Assembly (NCBI GenBank): GCA_964434665.1
Contig: CAYSVX010000001.1
Coordinates: 33,050 to 97,049 of the forward strand
Direction of reading: 5' to 3'
Origin: an uncultured Anaerolineaceae bacterium
Lineage (GTDB): Bacteria; Chloroflexota; Anaerolineae; Anaerolineales; Anaerolineaceae
Length of the DNA: 64,000 nt
The position numbers and the translations under genes were made by a program. The notes under the pieces were generated by a model. That model ran no database searches and was not told the origin of the DNA. It saw only the letters and a list, made by a program, of their open reading frames with translations. Position 1 is the stretch's first letter. Every line of letters starts with the position of its first letter. Below, one piece after another: positions 9,286 through 19,096 of this stretch.

Positions 9286-11413
9286 TTTGTGGCTCCCTTA
9301 AAGCAGAGCGGAAAAGGTTCTGAGCCCAGGTCAGCAAATGTCCTCTTTCCTCTGCTCCCGATTCACCGTATTCCGAAGTACATAGGTGAACCTGACCACT
9401 GCAGCGGTGCAGTAAACCGAGCAATATCCGGTCCAGATTTTGATGCCCCAAAGCCAGTTCGTCATCAGCAGTCCACTTATGTCCTGGCTGCCATTGGCGG
9501 TTGAGAACATAAGGATGGGTGAGCGGTTGTTCGAGCCGTTCATACCAACCCTTGCTGCCCAGGTTCAGCCAAAACTGATGTTGCACTGAGCGGTTTTGCA
9601 TTAAAAAGGTTATCACTGGAGCGATCAGCACTCCCGGTTCTCCAACAACCTCCTCGTCTGGCAGGTAAAGGGCTGACAGCAAACCCTCCGAAAGCGCTTT
9701 GTAGTACTCCGCGCCGAGGAACGAGGCATCCGCAGCTTGGTTTACCACCAGAGGTTGTTTGAATTTCTGATAGCTTTGAATCAATCGAGCAGTATGTTCT
9801 CCGGCTTCCTGGTTGCCAACACAACCGTTACCTGGCTGTGTGAGCAGCTCTGAGAAGAGCCGGCTGATAAAGTAATCCAGAGGTTCATTAGGGTCAGCCA
9901 AGCTGAGCCAAAGGCGGAGATGCTCGAGCTGGCGCAAAACCTGGTATGGAATGCGTTCGAAAATCTGCTTAGGGTGCGCCTCAATTGAGGGCAAGGAAGT
10001 AACCAACTTATTGACACTGGCGGATTCCAAAATCAAGCGCGCTCGAAGCGGATCAAGTTTTGGGATTGCGGTTGTGAGCGCCGACTGGGTCTGGTAAATG
10101 TCTGGGGGTTGTTTCCACTCAGGGTGGGCAAGAGCAGCCAAAGTCAGAATAGTCTGGATTGTAGGGTTTGATTTTAATGCGAGGGAGGGGCGTAAGGTTT
10201 GTGTGGGGATGCCGGCTTTGGAAAGGCGGCGGGAAAGCTCAAAAACAAGGGGGTCGCTTAGGAAAGGTGAGAGGACAACGATTTCCGATGCAGGGGTGCC
10301 ATCCAGGATCAGACCAGCAATATCCTGGCTGACAGAATGGAGCAGCTCGGGAAAAAACCGGGGTTGTCTGGCAGGAGTTATGAAAGCTTCCGTGACGGTG
10401 GAATAAGGAAGTCTTTGAGTTTGGGACGCATGGATGTAATTAATGACCGCCTCAATCGGAGGAGGGCTGACAAAATTGTTTTCGACATGAAGACATGCAG
10501 CAGATTGTGCCGCGAGTTCGGAAGCTGAAACAGGATCGGCTCCCAGGAAGCTGCGCAAACCACCGCCTTCGTCCATAATGATGAGGGAAGATCGCAGATT
10601 CTTAATCCAGGAACTGACCAGGTCATGAACATAGGGAGGATCTTCTTCAGCATTGTCATAGATCAGGTGCTGGTACTGGGTTTGAAAGTATTTCTGGAAA
10701 GTGTCGTTTGGCCACAAAATTTCCCGGAAAAGCTCGACTTGCAGTGAAAAATCCAGCAGATTGTGTTCCAGGCAAAACTCGCGAAAGGCATTGACTGCCA
10801 GTTGGACATCATCATAAACCGTTAGTTGCGACTGGTCACCAGTCCAGGCGGATTTTAGTCTTTGCGCGAGGTCCGTATGAGGAAAGCCGACAATTGCAGA
10901 TTTATTGAGATTATCCACCAATTGGCTGAACAGGCGGTTGCGGGTTAATGTGATCGTGGCGAAATGTCCGCGATCGATTAATGGATCGACAATCTGAGCC
11001 ATAAAGTACTGTGCAGTTTCGAGCGTTAGAAAGCGAGGCGGTTCAAAAGGATGTCTGAAAACTTGCCGGCTGGCAATAATTGGCCAGAAGAGGTTAACCA
11101 TCCTGCGGACGATGCCGCTCATTGTTTGAATGCTGACTTGCTTGTTTGAGGGCAAATTGAAGTTCCGCAGGAAATTCTGGTAAGGTTCAGCCAGACTTCG
11201 CTGGGGGACAAGCACAAGCGTTGTGGAACCCGCTTCTTCCAAGTTAGCGTTGAGAATCTGCTGCAGACGGAGTAACCCAGAGGTTGTTTTCCCGGAAGAG
11301 GCGGGACCACTCAGAAATAGATGCGAATTTCCAATGAAATCAGCTGCTGTTTCCTGAAAATTCTCAGGCTTGAATGAAGCGAACCCCGTCATAGTGACAG
11401 AATTATAAATCAT
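9278..11413 (-). CDS. P-loop NTPase, AddB/RexB-like helicase-like subunit (nuclease domain absent)
   Basis: About 711 aa. Walker A LSGPASSGKTTSG and a degenerate Walker B LIYDNAEED. I could not see the later helicase motifs clearly. The start is uncertain (ATG 11413, ATG 11392 or GTG 11428). Confidence 0.6.
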   Translation of the reverse strand: MIYNSVTMTGFASFKPENFQETAADFIGNSHLFLSGPASSGKTTSGLLRLQQILNANLEEAGSTTLVLVPQRSLAEPYQNFLRNFNLPSNKQVSIQTMSGIVRRMVNLFWPIIASRQVFRHPFEPPRFLTLETAQYFMAQIVDPLIDRGHFATITLTRNRLFSQLVDNLNKSAIVGFPHTDLAQRLKSAWTGDQSQLTVYDDVQLAVNAFREFCLEHNLLDFSLQVELFREILWPNDTFQKYFQTQYQHLIYDNAEEDPPYVHDLVSSWIKNLRSSLIIMDEGGGLRSFLGADPVSASELAAQSAACLHVENNFVSPPPIEAVINYIHASQTQRLPYSTVTEAFITPARQPRFFPELLHSVSQDIAGLILDGTPASEIVVLSPFLSDPLVFELSRRLSKAGIPTQTLRPSLALKSNPTIQTILTLAALAHPEWKQPPDIYQTQSALTTAIPKLDPLRARLILESASVNKLVTSLPSIEAHPKQIFERIPYQVLRQLEHLRLWLSLADPNEPLDYFISRLFSELLTQPGNGCVGNQEAGEHTARLIQSYQKFKQPLVVNQAADASFLGAEYYKALSEGLLSALYLPDEEVVGEPGVLIAPVITFLMQNRSVQHQFWLNLGSKGWYERLEQPLTHPYVLNRQWQPGHKWTADDELALGHQNLDRILLGLLHRCSGQVHLCTSEYGESGAEERGHLLTWAQNLFRSALREPQND

Positions 11414-11494
11414 GCTGATGGCACACACATGTTCGGGGGCGTGCGCGTTGTGGGAGTTGGTATAATCCTTCTGACAAACCTTCAGGAGAGAACC

Positions 11495-13594
11495 ATGCCA
11501 TCATCACTCACCCCATTTTTTGATGCTAAAGGTGTCGCCATTTTGGGCGCATCAACCAATCCCAAGAAACTTAGCTATGGAATTCTTGAGAACCTTGTCT
11601 CTTACGGTTATAAGGGCGAAATCTATCCTGTTAATCCCAATGCAACTGAGATCCTGGGCAGGAAAGCGTACGCTTCGATTTCCGATGTACCGGACCCGGT
11701 CGAATTAGCTGTGGTTGTGCTGCCTGTAACCGTCATCATGGAGACCATGAGGGAGATCGGCGAGCGGGGAATCAAGGCGGTTGTCATCATCACAGGCGGT
11801 TTCAGGGAACTGGGTGAAGAAGGCGCGAAAGTGGAGCTGGCAGTGAAGGAATTGGCGCGTTCTTATGGAATGCGGGTGGTAGGACCTAATTGCGTTGGAA
11901 CGATCGATGTTCGCACCGGTTTGGATTCAACCTTCATCAAGGGTCTGCCTCCGGCGGGACCGATTGCGTTTATCTCGCAATCCGGCGCAATTTGCGGCGG
12001 GGTGATCGACCTGATCATCAATTCCAGGATCGGCTTTTCTCACTTTGCCAGCCTGGGGAATGAGATGGACGTCACTGAAACGGACATGCTTGAGTTTTTT
12101 GCTGATGATGAACAAGTAAAAGTGATCGCAATGTACGTGGAAGGGATCCAGAATGGACCGCGGTTTATGGAAGTCGCGAGGAGGGTGTCGCGCAGGAAGC
12201 CGATAGTCTTTCTAAAAGCTGGGAAAAACGACGCTGGCGCGAAGGCTGTCAGCTCGCATACAGGCTCATTGGCGGGCTCTTATGCAGCCTACCAGGCAGC
12301 GCTGGAACAAGCTGGAGTGATCGAGGTCGACACAATCAGCCAGCTTTTCAATGTGGCTTGGGCGTTGGGTTCACAAGCTCTGCCCGCGGGGAAACGCGTA
12401 GCCATTGCTACCAACGCTGGCGGGGCAGCCGCGCTGGCAGCTGACAGCCTGGCGTTTAATGGCTTTGAATTAGCGCAAATTGCCCCCGAAATTCAGGAAA
12501 AGCTGCGAACGAAACTGAACCCCAGCGCGCAGGTTTCCAATCCGGTGGATATGTTGGGATCTGTCAGCCCTGAAGATTACCTTTGGAGCCTTGGAAACCT
12601 GGACGCGGATGCAGGCGTGGATGTGTTGCTGCCCATCCTGGTGCCGCAATCGTTGGTGGACACGCTTGGAGTTGCGAAAGCATGGGTTGAGGTTGGGAAA
12701 AAGACCAACAAAACTTTGCTGAGCTGCCTGATGGGTGAACGCAGCACACTTGAATCCGAGCAGTATTTGAATGAGGCGGGAGTGCCAGTTTATGCTTTTC
12801 CGGATGAAGCTGGGCGTGTGTTGAGGGGTATGGCGCAGTACAAACAGATTCTAAAGAAGTCAACTTTTAAACCAGTTGTGGTTGAGACCACAGACCGGGA
12901 AAAAATGGAAACGGCATTGTCGTTGGTTGAGGGCATCCAGGCTGTGGGTGAATATGAAACACGCATCATGCTCGAAGCATACGGAATACAGAATGTGCCG
13001 GGTGACTTGGCTTTGGATGTGGACGAAGCGGTGAAGATTGCTGAGCAGGCAGGCTTTCCTGTGGTGATGAAGATTGTATCTGAGGACATTCTGCACAAGT
13101 CCGATGCCGGTGGAATTGCTTTGAACGTAAAGGATTCACAGCACTTGCGCGTGGAGTATGCAGAAATGATGGCTCGAATTACGAAAAACGAGCCAAACGC
13201 GCGTATCCGCGGTGTGATGGTGGAACAAATGGCACCAAAAGGTTTGGAAGTGATCGTCGGGATGCGGCGCGACCCAACTTTTGGACCGCTCATGATGTTT
13301 GGACTTGGCGGCACGATGGTTGAACTGCTTAAGGACATCAGTTTCAAGGTGGCACCGCTGACAGATAAAGATATCAATGAGATGATCGAGAAAACACTCG
13401 CAGGCAAGCTGCTCAAGGGTTATCGCGGCTCAGCCAAGACGGACATCCAGGCGGTGAAGGATACAATCGCCCGTTTGAGCCAGTTGACCCTGGACAATCC
13501 GGAAATTAGTGAAATTGAAATCAACCCATTGATCGTATATCCGGAAGGGCAGGGAGCAATCTCACTTGACAGCCGGGCGATAATGGCTAAGTAA
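11495..13594 (+). CDS. ADP-forming acetyl-CoA synthetase / acyl-CoA synthetase (fused CoA-binding + ATP-grasp)
   Basis: Has the CoA-binding N-terminus GVAILGASTNPKKLSY, the ligase-CoA region SQSGA..G and SHTGSLAG, and a C-terminal ATP-grasp (VVMKIVSEDILHKSDAGGI). Start ATG 11495 follows AGGAGA. Confidence 0.85.
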   Translation: MPSSLTPFFDAKGVAILGASTNPKKLSYGILENLVSYGYKGEIYPVNPNATEILGRKAYASISDVPDPVELAVVVLPVTVIMETMREIGERGIKAVVIITGGFRELGEEGAKVELAVKELARSYGMRVVGPNCVGTIDVRTGLDSTFIKGLPPAGPIAFISQSGAICGGVIDLIINSRIGFSHFASLGNEMDVTETDMLEFFADDEQVKVIAMYVEGIQNGPRFMEVARRVSRRKPIVFLKAGKNDAGAKAVSSHTGSLAGSYAAYQAALEQAGVIEVDTISQLFNVAWALGSQALPAGKRVAIATNAGGAAALAADSLAFNGFELAQIAPEIQEKLRTKLNPSAQVSNPVDMLGSVSPEDYLWSLGNLDADAGVDVLLPILVPQSLVDTLGVAKAWVEVGKKTNKTLLSCLMGERSTLESEQYLNEAGVPVYAFPDEAGRVLRGMAQYKQILKKSTFKPVVVETTDREKMETALSLVEGIQAVGEYETRIMLEAYGIQNVPGDLALDVDEAVKIAEQAGFPVVMKIVSEDILHKSDAGGIALNVKDSQHLRVEYAEMMARITKNEPNARIRGVMVEQMAPKGLEVIVGMRRDPTFGPLMMFGLGGTMVELLKDISFKVAPLTDKDINEMIEKTLAGKLLKGYRGSAKTDIQAVKDTIARLSQLTLDNPEISEIEINPLIVYPEGQGAISLDSRAIMAK

Positions 13595-13675
13595 GAAGAA
13601 ATCAAGACGGTTGGATAATGCTAACTTGCAAACTGACTGGGCATGCTACTCGATTAGAAAAATGGAGACAGGATA

Positions 13676-14455
13676 ATGCAATCTGAGGAATTCACAGGAA
13701 AAGTTGTTTTGGTTACTGGTGCCAGCCAGGGTATTGGTTTGGAGATTTGCAGGCAATTTTCGGAATTGGGAGCTAATGTAATATCGGTTGCAAGAAACCG
13801 GGAAAAGCTTGAAAACGCCAAAAATTCGATAAAAGACAATTCCAACATTTTTCCATATGCTTGCGATCTTTCCGTAGAGTCTGAAATTGATGAGTTGTTT
13901 GGATTTGTTAAAGAAAAATTTCAGAGAATGGATGTTTTGGTGAACAATTTGGGCGCGTTCTCGGAGAAAAAAGACTGGAATGTGATTGATTACGACCTGT
14001 GGATTAAAACTTTTGAAACCAACGTCCTCAGCGCATATTTTTGCATGGTAAAAGCTGCTGAGATAATGGTCGAAAACAAGACGAAAGGGGTCATTATAAA
14101 CGTTGGCTCTTCGTCAGCTTTGCAGGTGAAAAAGGGGCGGCTGAATTACACAGTTTCAAAATCAGCCCTTCACACGATGTCGAGAGTTACCGCGATGGAC
14201 CTCGCGAAGCACCAAATTCGAGTTAATGTTGTCTCTCCGGGTCCAACCGCTACTGAGATTGTTCAAAGCAGGATGGGAGATCCTGTTCAGGTGCTGCAAG
14301 AATCGGAGAGACTCAAGAAGATCCCCCTGGGCAGATATGCTTCAACGACTGACATCGCCAATGCGGTAGTCTTTATGAGTTCATCCAAGGCTGAGTTTAT
14401 AACTGGAGCTATATTGCCGGTAGATGGCGGTTACACAATCGGCGAGACTGTGTAG
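13676..14455 (+). CDS. SDR-family oxidoreductase
   Basis: Cofactor motif VTGASQGIG, NNLG, catalytic YTVSKSAL (YxxxK). GGAGA RBS. Visibly more AT-rich than the flanking genes. Confidence 0.85.
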   Translation: MQSEEFTGKVVLVTGASQGIGLEICRQFSELGANVISVARNREKLENAKNSIKDNSNIFPYACDLSVESEIDELFGFVKEKFQRMDVLVNNLGAFSEKKDWNVIDYDLWIKTFETNVLSAYFCMVKAAEIMVENKTKGVIINVGSSSALQVKKGRLNYTVSKSALHTMSRVTAMDLAKHQIRVNVVSPGPTATEIVQSRMGDPVQVLQESERLKKIPLGRYASTTDIANAVVFMSSSKAEFITGAILPVDGGYTIGETV

Positions 14456-14500
14456 AAAATTATTGTCAAAGGCTAGTAAGTCTGGAAAATTAAATGAAAA

Positions 14501-14573
14501 AGCCAACGAAGGGAATCGAACCCCCGACCGGACGCTTACGAAGCGTCTGCTCTACCGACTGAGCTACGTTGGC
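14501..14573 (-). tRNA. tRNA-Thr (anticodon CGT)
   Basis: Reverse complement is GCCAACG-TA-GCTC-AGTCGGTA-GAGC-A-GACGC-TTCGTAA-GCGTC-CGGTC-GGGGG-TTCGATT-CCCTT-CGTTGGC-T. The T stem needs two G:U pairs. Confidence 0.85.
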
Positions 14574-14582
14574 GTGCGGGCG

Positions 14583-14591
14583 ATTATACCA
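14583..14591 (-). promoter_or_regulatory. extended -10 promoter element (TGGTATAAT) for tRNA-Thr
   Basis: The minus strand reads TGGTATAAT, ending 9 nt upstream of the tRNA 5' end. A weak -35 (TACAAA) sits at 17-nt spacing. Confidence 0.45.
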
Positions 14592-14864
14592 GAAATCTTT
14601 AATAGTTTGTACGCATTTTGAGCCTGGCAGCACTTCCAATTTGTCTGAATATGCCGGATTGAACACCGCAAAAAGACGCTGGGCAAGAATGCAATCCGGC
14701 CTACGAAAAGATCTTTAGCTTATTTCGAGCAAGGGTCATTGAAGTGGGGATAGTCTCAGTAAATCAGCAAAGGGTTGTATACAGGGCAGGCACGGGGGCG
14801 CTGCCCCTACGTCATCAATTGAAAAGTATCCCTTCTTGAGAGAGACTGCAGAGATCCGTTCGGC

Positions 14865-16064
14865 CTAATTTTCCTTCGTTTCCTTCTTACCGGGTTTTAG
14901 GGAGCTGGCGCGGATGATTATCTGTTTTCCGTATTTATCTTTCAGCGAGTCGATGGCTTCGGTCAGCTGGGTTTTCTTCTGGATCGTGTTATCCCAGAGC
15001 GAAAGTTGAACAGCAGGTTCCTCCAACTTGGTAACGGCTACCCCCAGCAACCGCACTTCCCGACCGAGCGTCAGATGGGATTTTTGCAGTTCCATTACCG
15101 CGTCAAAGATCTCATCATCCAGGTTGGTGGGTTGTTGAAGCATTTTCTGACGCGTGATGGTGGTGAAGTCCGAATACCTGATTTTTATTTGAACGCAGCT
15201 ACCAGCCAGGTTATGCTTGCGAAGTCTATATCCGACCTTGTCGGACAGCCATCTCAGGGTGTCAGAAATTTGCTGCAGGTCATCCGTATCTGAGTAGTAC
15301 GTAGTTTCATTACTGACTGATTTTGGATCACCTTCGCTATCGTAAACCGGTCGCGTATCGATTCCTTTCGCGCGCTCGAGAATCTCAGGGGCGTGATTAC
15401 CAAAAAAACCACGTAATTCCACCTCGGAAAGTTCATAAAGTTGCCCGATGCGGAAAATACCCCTTTCTCGCATTTTATCAGCGGTTTTTGGGCCAAATCC
15501 CCACAGAGCCTGGATGTCCAACGGGGCAAGAAAGGCTTGTTCATCTCCGGGTTCCACGATGGTGATGGCACGGGGAGCCCGACCTGTTCTCGACTGAGCT
15601 TTCCCAAAGTCATTTGCCATTTTGGCAACCAGTTTGTTAGTCGCGCCGCCCAGCGAACAAGGCAATTGTGTCTCATCCGCGACCCTTTTTTGCAGCCCGA
15701 TAGCGATCATTCGGAGAGTCTGCGGCAAATCGCTGACGTCCAGAAAGGCTTCATCTACTGAAACCTGTTCCACCAGAGGGGTTGTGTCCTGCAGGATGGA
15801 CATGACGCGATCAGAATACTCACTGTAAAGCCCATGGCGATGATGGACCATAAGTAACTCCGGGCAAAGTTGGATGGCTTTGCCAGCGGGCATGGCGGAG
15901 CGGACCCCTTTTAGTCTTGCCGCATAGGAACAGGACGCAATCACACCCCGTCCCTGGGGACTGCCGCCAACTGCAAATGCTTTCCCCACAAGCGATGGGT
16001 CGAGAAGCTCTTCAACAGAGCAGAAAAAAGCGTCGAGATCGAGGTGTAGTATCTTGCGTGCCAT
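14865..16064 (-). CDS. dinB: DNA polymerase IV (Y-family)
   Basis: Motifs ILHLDLDAFFCSVEE, SVDEAFLDV and the GFGPKTADKM HhH region. 399 aa. Confidence 0.9.
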   Translation of the reverse strand: MARKILHLDLDAFFCSVEELLDPSLVGKAFAVGGSPQGRGVIASCSYAARLKGVRSAMPAGKAIQLCPELLMVHHRHGLYSEYSDRVMSILQDTTPLVEQVSVDEAFLDVSDLPQTLRMIAIGLQKRVADETQLPCSLGGATNKLVAKMANDFGKAQSRTGRAPRAITIVEPGDEQAFLAPLDIQALWGFGPKTADKMRERGIFRIGQLYELSEVELRGFFGNHAPEILERAKGIDTRPVYDSEGDPKSVSNETTYYSDTDDLQQISDTLRWLSDKVGYRLRKHNLAGSCVQIKIRYSDFTTITRQKMLQQPTNLDDEIFDAVMELQKSHLTLGREVRLLGVAVTKLEEPAVQLSLWDNTIQKKTQLTEAIDSLKDKYGKQIIIRASSLKPGKKETKEN

Positions 16065-16070
16065 TTTAGC

Positions 16071-16095
16071 AAACTCGCCTGTTTTCCAGGCGAGT
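16071..16095 (-). terminator. 10-bp perfect hairpin between gyrB stop and dinB start
   Basis: AACTCGCCTG-ttttc-CAGGCGAGTT. On the minus strand it starts 8 nt after the gyrB TAA and ends 6 nt before the dinB ATG. No U-tract follows, so its function (attenuator, processing site or RBS occlusion) is unclear. Confidence 0.35.
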
Positions 16096-16103
16096 TACGT
16101 GTT

Positions 16104-18017
16104 TTAGATATCCAGGTTGCGAACTTCTTTCGCGTGGGTTTGAATAAAACGCCTTCGTGGAGGAACGAGGGAACCCATGAGCATATCAAAAGTCAGGTCA
16201 GCTTCAGCCGCGTCCTCAATCTCCACCTGCAGTAGTGTACGGTTCTCAGGGTTCATGGTTGTCTCCCAGAGTTGTTCGGGATTCATTTCGCCAAGACCTT
16301 TGTAGCGGGAGAGTCCTACCTTGTTGATACCACCAAACTTTGCTACCAGCTTATCTTTTTCAGTGTCACTATAGGCGTAAAAAATCTGATTGCGGTTAGT
16401 GATGCGATAAAGCGGTGGTTGGGCGATGTAGAGATGCCCTTCCTCGATCAGCGGCTGCATGTAGCGGAAGAAAAAGGTCAGCAACAGGGTGCGGATGTGA
16501 GCGCCGTCGACATCAGCATCTGTCATGATGACCACCCGGCCGTATCTCAGACCTTTGAGGTCGAAGGAGTCACCAATACCTGTGCCAAGCGCAGATACGA
16601 GGGATTTCACTTCCCGGTTTCCAAGGATTTTATCGAGTCGGGCGCGTTCCGTGTTGAGAATCTTTCCCCGCAGAGGAAGGATAGCCTGGAAGTGGCGGTC
16701 GCGACCTTGTTTGGCAGAACCGCCTGCCGATTCACCTTCAACGATAAACATTTCAGTTTTTTCCGGATTACGCTCCGAACAGTCAGCCAGTTTGCCTGGA
16801 AGAGTCATCGACTCAAGGGCGGATTTGCGGATGACAAGATCGCGTGCCTTCTTGGCTGCGTCTCGAGCACGGGCAGAGGTAAGACACTTCTGGACAATCG
16901 CGCGACCAGTGGCAGGGTTTTCGTCAAGAAAGGTAGAGACTGTCTCGAGGACGACTGACTGCACGTAAGTCTGTACTTCGGGATTCATCAGCTTGACCTT
17001 GGTCTGGCTTTCGAATTGTGGATCCGGATGTTTGATGCTGACGATGCCCGTGAGCCCTTCACGTGTATCATCACCGCTAAAATTCGGCTCTGAATCCTTC
17101 AACAGACCTGCCTTGCGGGCATAATCATTGATGCTGCGGGTTATCGCGGCGCGTAAACCGGTGAGATGCGTTCCCCCGTCAATGGTGTTGATAGTATTAG
17201 CAAATGTGTAGATGGATTCAGAATATGAATCTGTGTATTGGATAGCAAACTCCACCCCAATCCCTTCGATTTCTTTCTCACCAAAAATCAATGGATGAAG
17301 TGTTTCACGGTTTCGATTAATGTAGCGCGCGAAGGAGGCAATTCCGCCTTCAAAATGGAAGGTCATTTCCTTGCCTTCGCGCTCGTCGATCAACTGGATG
17401 CTGACGCCACGCGTGACAAAAGCCATTTCCCGGAAACGCTGAACAAGCGTTTCAAAACGGAAACTGGATCCGTCCTTGAAAATTTCCCGGTCGAATCTAA
17501 AAGTTGTGGAAGTACCAGTGTGATCACCTGTGTAAGTGCCGACGGCTTTTACAGCTTCTTTTGGAATGCCTCGCTCGTATCGCTGGAAATAAACTTTGCC
17601 TAAGCGGTGGATGGTGACTTCGCACCATTCCGATAGCGCGTTAACAGCAGACACGCCCACACCATGCAGACCGCCGGATACTTTATACGATCCACCGCCG
17701 AACTTGCCGCCGGCGTGCAGCACCGTCATGACGACCTGCAGCGCTGAAATTTTCTTCTCTGGATGGATTTCTACAGGTATGCCGCGACCGTTATCTTTGA
17801 CTGTGACACTCTCATCAGCATGGATGGCGATCGAAATATGATCACAATATCCAGCAAGTGCTTCGTCAATTGAGTTGTCAACGACTTCGTAGATGAGGTG
17901 ATGGAGGGCTTTGATATCCGTGCCGCCAACATACATGCCAGGGCGGCGGCGGACAGCCTCGAGACCTTCAAGGATTTGGATATCACCTGCATCGTAATGT
18001 TCTGGTTTATTGTTCAA
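16104..18017 (-). CDS. gyrB: type IIA topoisomerase subunit B (GyrB-type; ParE not excluded)
   Basis: Motifs [23 protein letters not shown], Toprim [35 protein letters not shown]. 637 aa, no intein. Confidence 0.88.
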   Translation of the reverse strand: MNNKPEHYDAGDIQILEGLEAVRRRPGMYVGGTDIKALHHLIYEVVDNSIDEALAGYCDHISIAIHADESVTVKDNGRGIPVEIHPEKKISALQVVMTVLHAGGKFGGGSYKVSGGLHGVGVSAVNALSEWCEVTIHRLGKVYFQRYERGIPKEAVKAVGTYTGDHTGTSTTFRFDREIFKDGSSFRFETLVQRFREMAFVTRGVSIQLIDEREGKEMTFHFEGGIASFARYINRNRETLHPLIFGEKEIEGIGVEFAIQYTDSYSESIYTFANTINTIDGGTHLTGLRAAITRSINDYARKAGLLKDSEPNFSGDDTREGLTGIVSIKHPDPQFESQTKVKLMNPEVQTYVQSVVLETVSTFLDENPATGRAIVQKCLTSARARDAAKKARDLVIRKSALESMTLPGKLADCSERNPEKTEMFIVEGESAGGSAKQGRDRHFQAILPLRGKILNTERARLDKILGNREVKSLVSALGTGIGDSFDLKGLRYGRVVIMTDADVDGAHIRTLLLTFFFRYMQPLIEEGHLYIAQPPLYRITNRNQIFYAYSDTEKDKLVAKFGGINKVGLSRYKGLGEMNPEQLWETTMNPENRTLLQVEIEDAAEADLTFDMLMGSLVPPRRRFIQTHAKEVRNLDI

Positions 18018-18034
18018 GTTTATGCTCCAAAGGT

Positions 18035-19021
18035 TTATGCCAGAAGGGTTTCCGACATCTGATTTTCAGTAAATTCGCGAACAATCTTTCGCGCGTCGTA
18101 AATGTAATGAAAACTTGCTGCCAAAGTGACAATCGAGATGATTGCATGCCCAAAGATGCCCACCATCAACATCCATGAATCATCGGATGGGATTCGCCAA
18201 AGCATGTTTGTAAGGTAATTCGCCAGAATTGCCAGAAGAAGAAAAGAGGTTGTTTTGGCGTTGGTCAGCCTGACAGTTCGGAAACTGGTGAGTAAGGCCT
18301 GCGGAAAGGTCATTTTTTCCAAAACGACAAGATGTGGAGTGAAAATGACTGGGATCAAGAGGGTTATGGTGGTAACTGTCAGTAAAAAGTAACCAATTGT
18401 CACGAAAATGGGAAGAAGGGTTCCAATAATACTGATCACAAGCACAGCGGGGAGAAATACCAAGAAGATCAAGAGAACTGAGACGATTGGTATCAGTAAC
18501 CATGAAACCAACGATCGCCTCTCAAGGATAGACTCAGCCTGCGCAGTTGGGGAAACAATTGCCCGGGCAGACAGGCGGTAAAGTAAGTAAGCAAGAAACA
18601 CTCCGATTAATGAAGCTGCGAGTGTGACCATGATGACCATACCCGGTTGTGACAAATGGATAAAACGGAACTCTCCCAATGGATTACGTTCGAAAGCAGC
18701 CACAGAAAACAGGCTCGGAATTCCAACTGGAAAGGAGCGCAGGAAAGATGTCAGGCTAAAGTAGCGGAAAAATTCTATCGATTGTGTCTTCAAAACTTCC
18801 CAACTAGCAACCGTATCTGCTGAAGCTGAAGGAGGTAGAACGAAGCGTTGAATGCTACTCTGCATCAGTTCAACCATCGTGATCCGGAATCCGAAGAGCA
18901 GAAACAGATCGAGGAAAACAGGGAATAGAACCAGATACAGGTGCTTGGAAACGGTCTCGTAACCTGCTCTGAAAGCGGCAAAAATTTTCGGTTGTTTTTG
19001 AATTGGCAGCATAACTTTCAT
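18035..19021 (-). CDS. polytopic membrane protein, unknown function
   Basis: 328 aa with about 6-7 hydrophobic segments. It ends 17 nt upstream of gyrB on the same strand. I recognise no motif. Confidence 0.6.
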   Translation of the reverse strand: MKVMLPIQKQPKIFAAFRAGYETVSKHLYLVLFPVFLDLFLLFGFRITMVELMQSSIQRFVLPPSASADTVASWEVLKTQSIEFFRYFSLTSFLRSFPVGIPSLFSVAAFERNPLGEFRFIHLSQPGMVIMVTLAASLIGVFLAYLLYRLSARAIVSPTAQAESILERRSLVSWLLIPIVSVLLIFLVFLPAVLVISIIGTLLPIFVTIGYFLLTVTTITLLIPVIFTPHLVVLEKMTFPQALLTSFRTVRLTNAKTTSFLLLAILANYLTNMLWRIPSDDSWMLMVGIFGHAIISIVTLAASFHYIYDARKIVREFTENQMSETLLA

Positions 19022-19096
19022 AACCTTATAATTTTACCATTAAATGAAGGGAAGGACATTTTTTGCGTTCGTTTTAATGGTGATAGAATTCAAAAA

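Noticed and set aside
12790-13416. 208-aa minus-strand ORF
   Set aside because: It is antisense to the acetyl-CoA synthetase gene. It is Ser/Ile/Pro-rich and matches no family.
14740-14800. GC-rich palindromic segment GGGCAGGCACGGGGGCGCTGCCCCTACG downstream of dinB
   Set aside because: It occurs only once in the window, so it cannot be called a dispersed repeat or CRISPR-like unit. It lacks a U-tract, so it cannot be called a terminator with confidence.
16272-16958. 228-aa and 147-aa plus-strand ORFs
   Set aside because: They are antisense to gyrB, whose motifs are unambiguous.
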